From positions 1,830,001 through 1,862,000 of the forward strand of contig NC_007181.1 in assembly GCF_000012285.1 (NCBI RefSeq): a stretch of 32,000 nt of DNA, in the 5' to 3' direction. This DNA is from Sulfolobus acidocaldarius DSM 639 (GTDB taxonomy: Archaea; Thermoproteota; Thermoprotei_A; Sulfolobales; Sulfolobaceae). A program made the translations under genes and the position numbers. The notes under the pieces are model-generated. The model did no database searches and was not told where the DNA came from. It saw only the letters and a program-made list of their open reading frames with translations. The number at the start of each line of letters is the position of its first letter. Position 1 is the stretch's first letter. Of this stretch, positions 7,861 through 16,164 are shown in pieces.

Positions 7861-8016
7861 ATGGAATGTAATGAGTTCTAGAGTGTAAGTTAAAAGTCTC
7901 ATAATATCTTTCAGATAAAACAACCTTCTTTTATCTCAAGTCCTATCAGATATTAGAATGCCCACTAAAGAGAGTTTAATTCTCAGGGTCTCTATCTATA
8001 GAGTCTCCAATTGAGA

Positions 8017-8490
8017 CTAGTCACTTCCACCGAGAGTATTCACAAGACTCTCGATGTACCTGTGGATCTTAAAACCACCTATTACTCCAGCACCTATCAT
8101 AGGTATAACGAGAATATAGGATAGTGTCTTAGATACTCCTAGGATATGGATGAAGGTATACAGTGTAAATATTAGAATGACTAAAATAAACATGACATAG
8201 GGAATTAGGTAAGCTGTCCTTAACATTAGTCTCACATAATATCTTAGAGATCTATAACCTAGTCCCTCTACATTGTTAAGCACTCTGTAAGCTTTAATAT
8301 ATTTATACTCTACATACCCCACCCATATGATGTCCATTATGCCAACAAATACCCTGTTTATGTACCCTACCATATAGAGAGGATCAGTTAGGACTAAAAT
8401 TGTTCCTAACAAAAGGTTAACTAGAGAGAAAATTAGTGATGTCCTTCTAGCTCTCTCAATGATCTCGGTTCCTGTATATTTCCCCTCCAC
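8017..8490 (-). CDS. Integral membrane protein, unknown function (about 4 TM helices)
   Basis: 157-aa ORF with several long hydrophobic segments (LIFSLVNLLLGTILVL, IPYVMFILVILIFTLYTFIHIL, YILVIPMIGAGVIGGF). I recognised no family. Confidence 0.5.
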   Translation of the reverse strand: MEGKYTGTEIIERARRTSLIFSLVNLLLGTILVLTDPLYMVGYINRVFVGIMDIIWVGYVEYKYIKAYRVLNNVEGLGYRSLRYYVRLMLRTAYLIPYVMFILVILIFTLYTFIHILGVSKTLSYILVIPMIGAGVIGGFKIHRYIESLVNTLGGSD

Positions 8491-8912
8491 ATATATTTAA
8501 TATGGTGATTATTTATTTAAGTCTTACCTAAATTATCCCCCCAATAAAGGGATCTAATAATTCCTTTGGGATATTGTCTATCTTTAAAGATACAGCTCAC
8601 TTAACAGTTCCTTAAAGTACTGCGTTAAACGAGCCTTATTGGTGATAATCTATGAAAGGTGTCTGTTTTGTCTCACCTAGAACTAAATTGTTTAACTTTC
8701 CTGTTGTCAAAGAAGAATATACGAAAAGCAAAATTTTACTCTAATTCTTTCTAGAAAGCAGGAGGAAAAGCTTACCTTAATTAACTGAGAAGTGACTGGA
8801 CAGGTTTACTTATGGTCTTCATAGGGATTCGTAGTATTGGAGGATGGAATTACAACACTTTCCTCTCGTAGGTGTTACTGTGAATAGTTAAAACTGTCAC
8901 CAAAATTTATTA

Positions 8913-8950
8913 ACTTCTAGGGGTAGAAGTTACTTCTAGGGGTAGAAGTT
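8913..8950 (+). repeat. Perfect 19-bp tandem duplication (ACTTCTAGGGGTAGAAGTT x2)
   Basis: Copy 1 is 8913-8931 and copy 2 is 8932-8950, identical base for base. The TTG start of the downstream ATPase gene (8949) is formed at the end of copy 2. Confidence 0.95.
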
Positions 8951-10031
8951 GCTTTTCGACCCAACTCCAAAGGACAACAGGGAGGACTTCTTTAATAGAG
9001 ATGAGGAGATAAACAGGGTCAGATCACTTTCCTCACCAATTACACTAGTTTTAGGACTCAGGAGAACAGGTAAATCCTCTATCATAAAGATAGCACTTAA
9101 CGAGTTATCTTTGCCATACATATACTTAGACCTGAGGAAATTCGAGGACAGGGCATACATCTCCTTTAAAGACCTCCTACTTGAGTTGGAGAGAGAAGTG
9201 AAAAAACTCACAAGGAAGTTCCCGTCACTAGTAGACTTCTTAAAGGGAGTTAAAGGGGTAAGTATAGCAGGAAACGAGGTGAGGTTTAACTGGGGAGTAA
9301 AAAATAGGTTAAACTTCAGTGACTTGTTGGAAACACTAAATGATTGGTCAAAGGACAGGGTCATTATAGCCTTTGATGAAGCCCAAGACCTGATAAACCT
9401 CAGGGGAGTAAACTTACTTTACCCATTGGCTTATACATTTGATAACCTCAAAAAGGTGAGAATAATAATGAGTGGAAGTGAGATGAGGTTACTCTACAGG
9501 TTTTTGGGAGTTGAAAACCCAAAGTCACCACTATTTGGGAGGGCAATGAATGAGGTCGAACTTAGACCCTTTGACCACGAGAAGAGCATAGAGTTTCTGA
9601 GGAGAGGCTTTAAGGAGGTGAATGTTGAGTTTAGGGAATATGAAAGGGTTTATGAAGAGCTGGGAGGAATACCAGGCTGGTTAACGTATTTTGGCTACTA
9701 CTTTATCCAGACAAGGAACTTAGAGGAGAGTATGGACAGAACGCTTGAGAGGGCTAAAGGGTTGGTGATGGAGGAGTTCAACAATTTCCTCTCTAAGAGG
9801 CTAATAGCTAAGGAGAGGTATATGGTAATAATGAAGAGAATAGCGAATGGCTGTAGTAGATGGAGCGAGATAAAGACCGCTGTGGAGATTCATGAGGGTA
9901 GAGAGATTAGCGACTCAGAGATCTATAACTACCTTAACAACCTGATGGACTCATCCTGGATAGTAAAGGACGAGGAGAAAAATGAATATTGTCCTGCTGA
10001 AAAGCTTATAGGTAGAGTGTTTAGGGTTTGA
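8949..10031 (+). CDS. 'Archaeal ATPase' family AAA+ protein (PF01637-like) with a C-terminal winged-helix (DUF234-like) region
   Basis: FFNRDEEINRV N-terminal motif, Walker A GLRRTGKSS, Walker B IIAFDEAQ, and a C-terminal YLNNLMDSSWIVK-type wHTH. An in-frame TAG at 8943-8945 fixes the start at TTG 8949. Confidence 0.85.
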   Translation: MLFDPTPKDNREDFFNRDEEINRVRSLSSPITLVLGLRRTGKSSIIKIALNELSLPYIYLDLRKFEDRAYISFKDLLLELEREVKKLTRKFPSLVDFLKGVKGVSIAGNEVRFNWGVKNRLNFSDLLETLNDWSKDRVIIAFDEAQDLINLRGVNLLYPLAYTFDNLKKVRIIMSGSEMRLLYRFLGVENPKSPLFGRAMNEVELRPFDHEKSIEFLRRGFKEVNVEFREYERVYEELGGIPGWLTYFGYYFIQTRNLEESMDRTLERAKGLVMEEFNNFLSKRLIAKERYMVIMKRIANGCSRWSEIKTAVEIHEGREISDSEIYNYLNNLMDSSWIVKDEEKNEYCPAEKLIGRVFRV

Positions 10032-10309
10032 GTAAAAGAGCGTGTAGCTCCTCAACGAATTTTCTTCCATTTTATTTGAACAAATTGCCACGTCTCACTC
10101 CTTTTGAAGAGATCAGTTCCAAGGAGCTCTAGTAAAGAGCGAATCTAATACCAATTTTCACGTGAGTATTTGTACAAAATAACGTGTAACCAACAGTCAC
10201 TCGGATCACTATACGCTTTATCAATATTACAGTGTGGTGAAACCCATTGCCTAAACCGCTAGTCCTCTCAAGAACATTTTTAATTCTTGAACACTATTAT
10301 ATTAGAGAA

Positions 10310-11509
10310 ATGAATACTAATGAAACTTCCAAAAATTATGACGAGATGGGTGAACAAAACCCCTCCCAGGATCAGGGTTACCTTTATCACTTTAACAGAG
10401 GTCTCGCTTACTTTAACCTGAATAATTACAGTGAGGCTATCAGGGAGTTCGATGAGGCTATCAGGCTTAACCCCTTCCACGCAGACAGTCATTACTACAA
10501 AGCCCTGTCCTTAATAGCTCTACAACGGAGTGGGAGTGTTAACGCAGGTATATCAGATTTGTATGAGAGGGCGATCCTGGAGTTTGATGAGGCTATAAAA
10601 ATAGACCCTAAGAACCCTGAGTACCACTATCAGAAAGGCTTGGCGTTAGAAATTTTAGGTAGACAGTACGAGGCTTTGCTGGAGTATCAAGACGCAATTA
10701 AGTTAAACCCCAGGAACCCTGAGTACTACTACAGGAAGGCTATTATCCTTCAGGACCAGGAGAAGTATGTTGACGCAATTGCTGAAGTAGATACTGCCAT
10801 CAGGCTAAACCCCAAGAATTCCACTTACTATTTTAGGAAAGCTCTTCTCCTGAAATCCATGGGCAAATTGAAAGAAGCCCTTGACCAATTGGACAAGGCT
10901 ATATCCCTCAACCCTCAGGTGGCTGAATATTATCATCAGAAGGGGTTAATATTAAAGGAGCTAAAGAGGTATGACGACGTCCTCAAGGACTATGATAATG
11001 CGATAAAGCTGAGCCCGAATAACCCTGAGTACCACTTCAGGAAGGGAGTCCTCTATTACGAGTTGGGAAAATACGAGAAGGCTGTAATGGAACTAGAGGA
11101 GAGCGTCAGGCTAAACCCGAATAACCCTGAGTACCATTACCAGTTAGGACTGGCTCTTTTCCACGTTATGATGTATGAGGACGCTGTGGAGGAGTTTGAT
11201 AAGGCTGTAAAGCTTGATCCACAAAACCCCCAATACTATTATTACAAGGGTAACGCATTAAAGGCTCTGTGGAAATATGACAAGGCAATAAAGGAGTACG
11301 ACAAGGCGATATCACTTAACCCCAATGACCCTCTGCCCCACTACCAGAAGGGTGTAGTGTTAAAGACACTGGGTAAGTATGAGGAGGCTATTGTGGAATT
11401 GGATGAAGCAATTAAGCTCAACCCAGATAACCAGCAATATAAGATATCCAGAGATGAGGTAGAGAAGACCTTAGAGGCTCTGCGTAAAATGAGGGGAAAG
11501 AGGAAATGA
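10310..11509 (+). CDS. All-TPR repeat protein (about 11 tandem 34-aa tetratricopeptide repeats)
   Basis: The motif A(I/V)xLNPxNPEYHYxKG recurs every 34 aa and is also visible at DNA level (AACCCTGAGTACCAC recurring). I prefer ATG 10310 (MNTNETSK) over the track start 10247 because TTTTTAA at 10275-10281 lies about 30 nt upstream of 10310. Confidence 0.85.
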   Translation: MNTNETSKNYDEMGEQNPSQDQGYLYHFNRGLAYFNLNNYSEAIREFDEAIRLNPFHADSHYYKALSLIALQRSGSVNAGISDLYERAILEFDEAIKIDPKNPEYHYQKGLALEILGRQYEALLEYQDAIKLNPRNPEYYYRKAIILQDQEKYVDAIAEVDTAIRLNPKNSTYYFRKALLLKSMGKLKEALDQLDKAISLNPQVAEYYHQKGLILKELKRYDDVLKDYDNAIKLSPNNPEYHFRKGVLYYELGKYEKAVMELEESVRLNPNNPEYHYQLGLALFHVMMYEDAVEEFDKAVKLDPQNPQYYYYKGNALKALWKYDKAIKEYDKAISLNPNDPLPHYQKGVVLKTLGKYEEAIVELDEAIKLNPDNQQYKISRDEVEKTLEALRKMRGKRK

Positions 11510-11967
11510 CGTATCCCCGTGTATAACAGGACGTTGGAAAATTTTCTTATTACGCTATTTAGTCTAAGAGTCTCTTGCGAGTAAGTTTCATGAATTAATA
11601 ATAATTTTCTACATAAATACGATATAAATTGTAAATAATTATATATTACTTTAATCGGTTAAAGAGTTAGAAATAAGGTAAGAAAGGTGTTAGTAAAACT
11701 CAACCACGTGAGTTTAATAATTACTTATATAGAGAAATATAAACTCCGTCTAACTAAATCCCACGATAACCTCCCTCCCTTACCTGACTAACATAACTAA
11801 AGAAAGATACTAAATTACATTTCCATGAAAGTCCTTCTTCTCCTCAGTTTTTATCAAAGGTTCACAATTTGAATAATAATTTTTAAATTCGACACATGAA
11901 AACTCTTCTCCTCATATTTATATTTAAATATAAAAATAGTGAAGCCACAAAATTAAAATGATTTTTA

Positions 11968-12891
11968 TTGGACGTTACTGTAGGTATTCCAACTTTAGGA
12001 AGAGATTCCCTTTACCCCCTGCTGAGAAAATTGAAGACATGGAAGGACGTAGAAATACTACTGGTGTACAAGGGAGAGGTGAAGACGAAGGACTATAACA
12101 GGGCAATAGAGCAAAAGGACGGGTATTACGAGGAGGCAATAAACATCATATTTAGGGAGTCCCACTCCTCAATCCTTCTCATAACTGATGATGACGCTAT
12201 ACCCTCTGACACGTGGATCCAAGACCACGTCTCATTTCATGAGAGGAATGAGAAAATAGGTGTAGCTTCAGGAGTAGTGGAGGGTAAGAAGTGGATAAAC
12301 TACCCCAACTTTACGTTTCAACTGTTCAAGGACACAGTCTACATGGAGGAATATGACCACAGGTTTAAGGACTACGTGGGATACTTAACCAAGACAGGTC
12401 TCTCAGTTGACAGGAGACCCCATGACTCAAAAGACCTAGAGAAGACCTTAGCCATAGCAGGGGTTAACATGAGCATCAAAAAGGAAGTGTACAGTAACCT
12501 GAGTGTGCCTGAATACAGCATTAGGGGAAGCTATAACGAGAGTCTTATTGCTATCGAGGGGATAAAGAGGGGATACCATTCAGCGATCTTCAACAGGGGT
12601 AAAGTAGTTCACACTGGTGAGGAGTCACTCTCCAGGACAGACCAAGAGTGGTTGACCAAATACCTAGCAGTGGAAAAGCACACCTTTCCATATGCTGTGA
12701 ACTTCTTCTTAAAGATAGACAGTAGACTACTGGAGGATTTCTCCAGGAGAGTTCAGGGAGAGGCTAAAACTGGTTTAGATTTAGCACTAAAGGGGATACT
12801 CCACAATATGGACCCCCACAGTTTCAGGGAGGAGCTGAGGAGTATCTACCTGAGATTGAAAGAGGAGGGTGAAAAACACCACAATCACTAA
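11968..12891 (+). CDS. Family 2 glycosyltransferase (GT-A fold)
   Basis: N-terminal VTVGIPTLGRDSLYPLL and the DxD-type LLITDDDAIPSDTWI. TTG start, preceded by a 450-bp very A/T-rich spacer. Confidence 0.7.
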   Translation: MDVTVGIPTLGRDSLYPLLRKLKTWKDVEILLVYKGEVKTKDYNRAIEQKDGYYEEAINIIFRESHSSILLITDDDAIPSDTWIQDHVSFHERNEKIGVASGVVEGKKWINYPNFTFQLFKDTVYMEEYDHRFKDYVGYLTKTGLSVDRRPHDSKDLEKTLAIAGVNMSIKKEVYSNLSVPEYSIRGSYNESLIAIEGIKRGYHSAIFNRGKVVHTGEESLSRTDQEWLTKYLAVEKHTFPYAVNFFLKIDSRLLEDFSRRVQGEAKTGLDLALKGILHNMDPHSFREELRSIYLRLKEEGEKHHNH

Positions 12892-12995
12892 GGAGTGTAT
12901 CCGTGATCGTTTAACCTGGGTTTGATCCACTGCTATTCCATCTAGTAACTCAACAGGCTATCTCACAATACCGCATTACACTGAGTGTAGTGCTA

Positions 12996-14063
12996 TTAAC
13001 CTGGTCTGTACTCATACCTCTGTATCTTAACTTTGTATAGAAGAAAAGAGAATATCCAGGCTAATGCGAATGACCCAATTATTATAATTCCTACATTTTC
13101 CCACCAGACGTCGGAGTTGATTGTGTCTATTAGACTCCAGAAAGGTCCGCTGAAGTTAAACTCTGACTGTAGTAGTCCGAGTATCTCCAGGGTACCCACA
13201 AGAAAGGCTACAATGATGGAGATAAGCGTCATACTAAGGTTATACCACACCTTTCGTAGGGGATTTCCTAGGAAAGCCCACTTATAAGCACCGTTCATGA
13301 AGAGCCCATCTGTAGTATCCACAAGTGTCATTCCAGCAGTGAAGAGGAGAGGATAGACTAAGAGGTACCACAAAGGGACTTTGGAGAAAAGTACTGCAGA
13401 GCTCGCGCTTATCGCTAGTAGGGCTGTCTCTGTTGCTGTGTCAAAGCCTAGACCGAATAGGAAACCTATAACATAAAGGTGGTACTGGCTGTCCACAATC
13501 TTGAATAGTTTGCCGAAAAATCTGTTCATGAACCCTCTTCTGAGTAAGACCTCGTTCAGTTTTCCCTCATCTAATTTACCGCTTTTAACCTGTTTAAAGA
13601 TCCCGTAAATCTCTAACACAACCAGGAAGTTAAGAAAACCTATGATGTAAAGGAAAAATCCACTTATTAAAGTGCTTAGGGTGGAGCTAATGCTCTGAAT
13701 AGAGCTTATGTTGTCCAACAGCCTACTAGATAGCATGATCACGAGGGACAAGACAATAACTATCGTTGAGTGTCCCAACGAGAAGAATAGACCTGTAAAG
13801 GTAGAGGGTTTGTTCTCTTGCACCAGTTTCCTTGTTGTGTTGTCAATGGCTGCCAAGTGGTCTGCATCGACTGCGTGTCTTAGACCAAACACGTAAGCTA
13901 AGACACCTAGGGCAAATAAGGTCGTTGAGGAACCTCTGAAGACTATGCTACTGTTGAAAAACGATGATAGGGTATCTAGCCATATGAAGAGCACAGTAGT
14001 TATGACGAGCTCTAATATGAAGAAGAGGGACAGCTTGAGGAAGGGGGTATTTTTGTTTTGCAT
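12996..14063 (-). CDS. NiCoT (HoxN/NixA) family nickel/cobalt transporter
   Basis: Family signature RHAVDADHLAAIDNTTRKL plus FSLGHSTIV and a GFLFGLGFDTATE-type second motif; multi-TM. The start is set at ATG 14063 (MQNKNTPF) because AAAAATATATAT lies about 25-30 nt upstream. The 30-codon extension to 14153 in the ORF track overlaps the tnpB relic. Confidence 0.85.
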   Translation of the reverse strand: MQNKNTPFLKLSLFFILELVITTVLFIWLDTLSSFFNSSIVFRGSSTTLFALGVLAYVFGLRHAVDADHLAAIDNTTRKLVQENKPSTFTGLFFSLGHSTIVIVLSLVIMLSSRLLDNISSIQSISSTLSTLISGFFLYIIGFLNFLVVLEIYGIFKQVKSGKLDEGKLNEVLLRRGFMNRFFGKLFKIVDSQYHLYVIGFLFGLGFDTATETALLAISASSAVLFSKVPLWYLLVYPLLFTAGMTLVDTTDGLFMNGAYKWAFLGNPLRKVWYNLSMTLISIIVAFLVGTLEILGLLQSEFNFSGPFWSLIDTINSDVWWENVGIIIIGSFALAWIFSFLLYKVKIQRYEYRPG

Positions 14064-14141
14064 GAGGTATGGATAGCCTATCCAATATATATTTTTATGT
14101 TGAATTGGGGAAGTAAAGTGTCGAAGGTAATTGGTCGTTGA

Positions 14142-14610
14142 AAGGATAGACACCTCTACAGGAGGGCTAGGAGTATACTGGAGGACTCAGCCAAGAAGGT
14201 TGGTAAGTGGGTCGTTAATGTGACTAAATCACTACGTGTTAATACTATCTTGCTGGAGGACTTGAACAACGTGATAAACAGGGTTGAGAAACTACCAACA
14301 GGTTTTAGTGACAAGTCGTACTAAATACAGTACCATAGGATACAGTGCTGGGTCGAGTCTATGAAGTACGGTCTGAAAGTTGTCTTTGTTGACCACAAGT
14401 ATTCTTCAACGTGTTTCATTAAGTGTAATAAAGAGATGAGAGAGGTGTCTCAAGCACCATAAATGTGGAAACTGTGGTTATCAGGGTGACAGAGATATGA
14501 TTACAGTTGTGAATTTGTAGGGGAGGTGTTCTCTGAGCCTCTTAACACCCCGCTGTATGAGGGATATAGACCCGAACCGATGGGGGATCACTTAGGGAGG
14601 AGGTCAGTAG
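14142..14610 (+). pseudogene. 5'-truncated, disrupted tnpB (OrfB) relic
   Basis: Frame-hopping translation gives LYRRARSILEDSAKKVGKWVVN...TILLEDLNNVINRV (RuvC-II E), then a stop, then LKVVFVDHKYSSTC, then ..CGNCGYQGDRDMITVVNL (Zn finger + RuvC-III). There are at least two stops or frameshifts and no N-terminal ~230 codons. Confidence 0.75.
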
Positions 14611-14622
14611 TATATTTAAATA
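14611..14622 (+). promoter_or_regulatory. Putative TATA box of vapBC
   Basis: TATATTTAAATA is centred about 30 nt upstream of the ATG at 14646. Confidence 0.3.
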
Positions 14623-14645
14623 TCTGAATATCTAAGAATCTAAGT

Positions 14646-14897
14646 ATGAGAAAAACAGTAGTTACTTTTGATGATGACGTTTATGAGGCTATAGTGAACC
14701 TGTCAGTAAAGAAATATGGTAACACTAAGAACATCTCAAGAGTTGTAAATGAACTGCTGAGAAAAGAGCTCTCAAGGAGAAGAAAAGTGCGGAGTAATAG
14801 GGTTTCAATGAAGGTCAGTGTAAGAGTCCCTGGAGCAGAGACATTAAGTCCAGAGGAGATCGATAGGATTGCTGAAGAGGAAATTAGCGATAGTTGA
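14646..14897 (+). CDS. vapB: VapB-type antitoxin (ribbon-helix-helix/CopG-like)
   Basis: 83-aa protein. The N-terminus MRKTVVTFDDDVYEAIVNLS...ISRVVNELLRKEL fits an RHH fold. It overlaps the downstream PIN gene by 29 nt. Confidence 0.65.
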   Translation: MRKTVVTFDDDVYEAIVNLSVKKYGNTKNISRVVNELLRKELSRRRKVRSNRVSMKVSVRVPGAETLSPEEIDRIAEEEISDS

Positions 14898-15270
14898 CAC
14901 GAATGTCTTAATATTTGACTTTATTGAAGACTCACAGTATCATGATGTTAGCAGGAAGTTGTTGAATTCATTAGACAGAATGTTAATACTACCAAATATA
15001 CTGGTTGAGTTTATTCTAGTTTCAAGGAGATTGAAGATTAGAGACGAAGATATAAGGAGTAAGGTCGACGAAATACTCAAGAACAGTATTTTAGTAGGAG
15101 TAAAGAAGGAAGACATAAAAGAGGCCATAAGTTTAAGTTTAAAAGAGATAAATGACGCCATAATTGTTAGCGTTGCCAAAAGACTGAATTTGCCTATAAT
15201 TTCCCTCGATAGAGACGTAAAGGAATTGGGTAAGATTGCAGGAGTTATTGTTGTAGACAGACTAGACTAA
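14869..15270 (+). CDS. vapC: VapC PIN-domain toxin
   Basis: AIVDTNVLIFDF (first acidic PIN residue), a later acidic residue in ...NILVEFI..., and a C-terminal NDAIIVSVA...ISLDRD. 133 aa with a TTG start. Confidence 0.8.
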   Translation: MLKRKLAIVDTNVLIFDFIEDSQYHDVSRKLLNSLDRMLILPNILVEFILVSRRLKIRDEDIRSKVDEILKNSILVGVKKEDIKEAISLSLKEINDAIIVSVAKRLNLPIISLDRDVKELGKIAGVIVVDRLD

Positions 15271-15289
15271 TTTTTGTATATAATGCAAT

Positions 15290-15722
15290 AATTGGAATAC
15301 AACATTTTGGTGTTGATGTCGTAATAATAGACCCTTCCATTGGTGAGGTATTACCTCTGAATAGAGAATGCGAGATAGTGGTCGAATGCCCTAGTTTACT
15401 TAAAGTATATAGGAATAAAGAAGAGGAGAGCCGAAAATTATTCGTCAAAATTAATACCATTGAATATTTCAGAGCTTGGGGATTTAGGTTATATTGATGA
15501 CAAAGGTTACTTCTTTATTGAGATAGAATAAAGAGGATGATAAATAAAGAAGGGTATAAAGTATGGCCCACCAAGGTTGAAAATAAATTGTATCAACATC
15601 CAACTGTGTTGGAAGCTCGTGTAGTATCTACCCTAGAATCATGGAATTCGTTAAATATCTTCGTAAGAGTAGTTCTGGAAAAATATTATTGAGGATGTTA
15701 CAAGAGAAAGAAAGGGCTAGGT
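15290..15722 (+). pseudogene. Remnant of the C-terminal third of an AMP-forming acyl-CoA synthetase/ligase
   Basis: Three-frame reading gives GVDVVIIDPSIGEVLPLNRECEIVVECPSLLKVYRNKEEESRKLF, then a frameshift, then LGDLGYIDDKGYFFI, then a frameshift, then RIKRMINKEGYKVWPTKVENKLYQHPTVLEARVV, then a deletion, then MEFVKYLRKSSSGKILLRMLQE. These are hallmark ANL-superfamily motifs broken by at least 2 frameshifts, and the N-terminal two-thirds is absent. Confidence 0.75.
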
Positions 15723-16163
15723 AACTCTAGAACGTATACAGTTAATTATGTAATTAACGTTAGACTCAGCTATTTTTCTTATACTATTTTCTCCTAATAA
15801 TTTAGTTAAAAGCCCCATATCCATTTTAGCACTCCAAATTACTTTTGTGGATTTTTGCATTTCATATAGGTTAAGCGAAATGTTAATCTTTACGCTAACC
15901 CCTGCCGATCTTCCATTGCCGACTATCTCAATTTTCTCATTATCTTTGATTATTTTTGCATTTATATTGGCTGTAATTGTAGACATATGCGGAATATTAA
16001 AGCCACTGACATCTATCTTAAAAGTTGCACTTATCTCATTGTCTCCCTTAATCTCGTAACCTTGTAAGCTAGGTAGACATTCTGTAAACATTTTTGGTTC
16101 TGTGAAAAATTCCGATACTTTTGCCTTTACCATGTTTACCACAAACTCTCCGCTGATCTCCAT
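15717..16163 (-). CDS. CoxG-like/SRPBCC-fold protein co-transcribed with G3P dehydrogenase (candidate membrane anchor)
   Basis: About 148 aa. The pattern MEISGEFVVN...KVSEFFTEPKMFTECLPSL...ISATFKIDV is typical of the CoxG/SRPBCC family. ATG 16163 lies 1 nt after the G3PDH stop (TGAaATG). The track's TTG start at 16181 is less likely. Confidence 0.65.
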   Translation of the reverse strand: MEISGEFVVNMVKAKVSEFFTEPKMFTECLPSLQGYEIKGDNEISATFKIDVSGFNIPHMSTITANINAKIIKDNEKIEIVGNGRSAGVSVKINISLNLYEMQKSTKVIWSAKMDMGLLTKLLGENSIRKIAESNVNYIINCIRSRVT

Positions 16164-16164
16164 T

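Noticed and set aside
7990-8003. Near-palindrome CTCTATCTATAGAG just downstream of the 8017-8490 membrane-protein gene.
   Set aside because: The central mismatch leaves no loop, so it cannot form an RNA hairpin. It is an isolated occurrence, and a functional role (terminator or IS end) cannot be supported from sequence alone.
8546-8567. Hairpin AAAGGGAT-CTAATA-ATTCCTTT, whose arms resemble the CCCAAAAGGGATT core of the CRISPR repeat.
   Set aside because: It is a single occurrence with no flanking repeat periodicity, and the similarity is limited to about 8 nt of A/G-rich sequence. It is most likely a chance hairpin in an intergenic region.
10247-10309. N-terminal extension of the TPR protein (MPKPLVLSRTFLILEHYYIRE), and the 30-codon extension of the NiCoT gene at 14064-14153.
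   Set aside because: In both cases an internal ATG has a TATA-like box 25-30 nt upstream. The extensions use non-ATG starts, cover the promoter itself, and the NiCoT extension overlaps the tnpB relic.
11824-11914. Imperfect direct repeat CATGAAAGTCCTTCTTCTCCTCA / CATGAAAACTCTTCTCCTCA upstream of the glycosyltransferase gene.
   Set aside because: It is short, gapped and lies in low-complexity A/T- and CT-rich sequence. I could not link it to a start codon, a promoter or any other copy in the window.
15245-15460. 71-aa minus-strand ORF overlapping the vapC 3' end.
   Set aside because: It is antisense to the clearly recognisable acyl-CoA synthetase remnant and to vapC, and it has low-complexity Ser/Leu/Thr composition.
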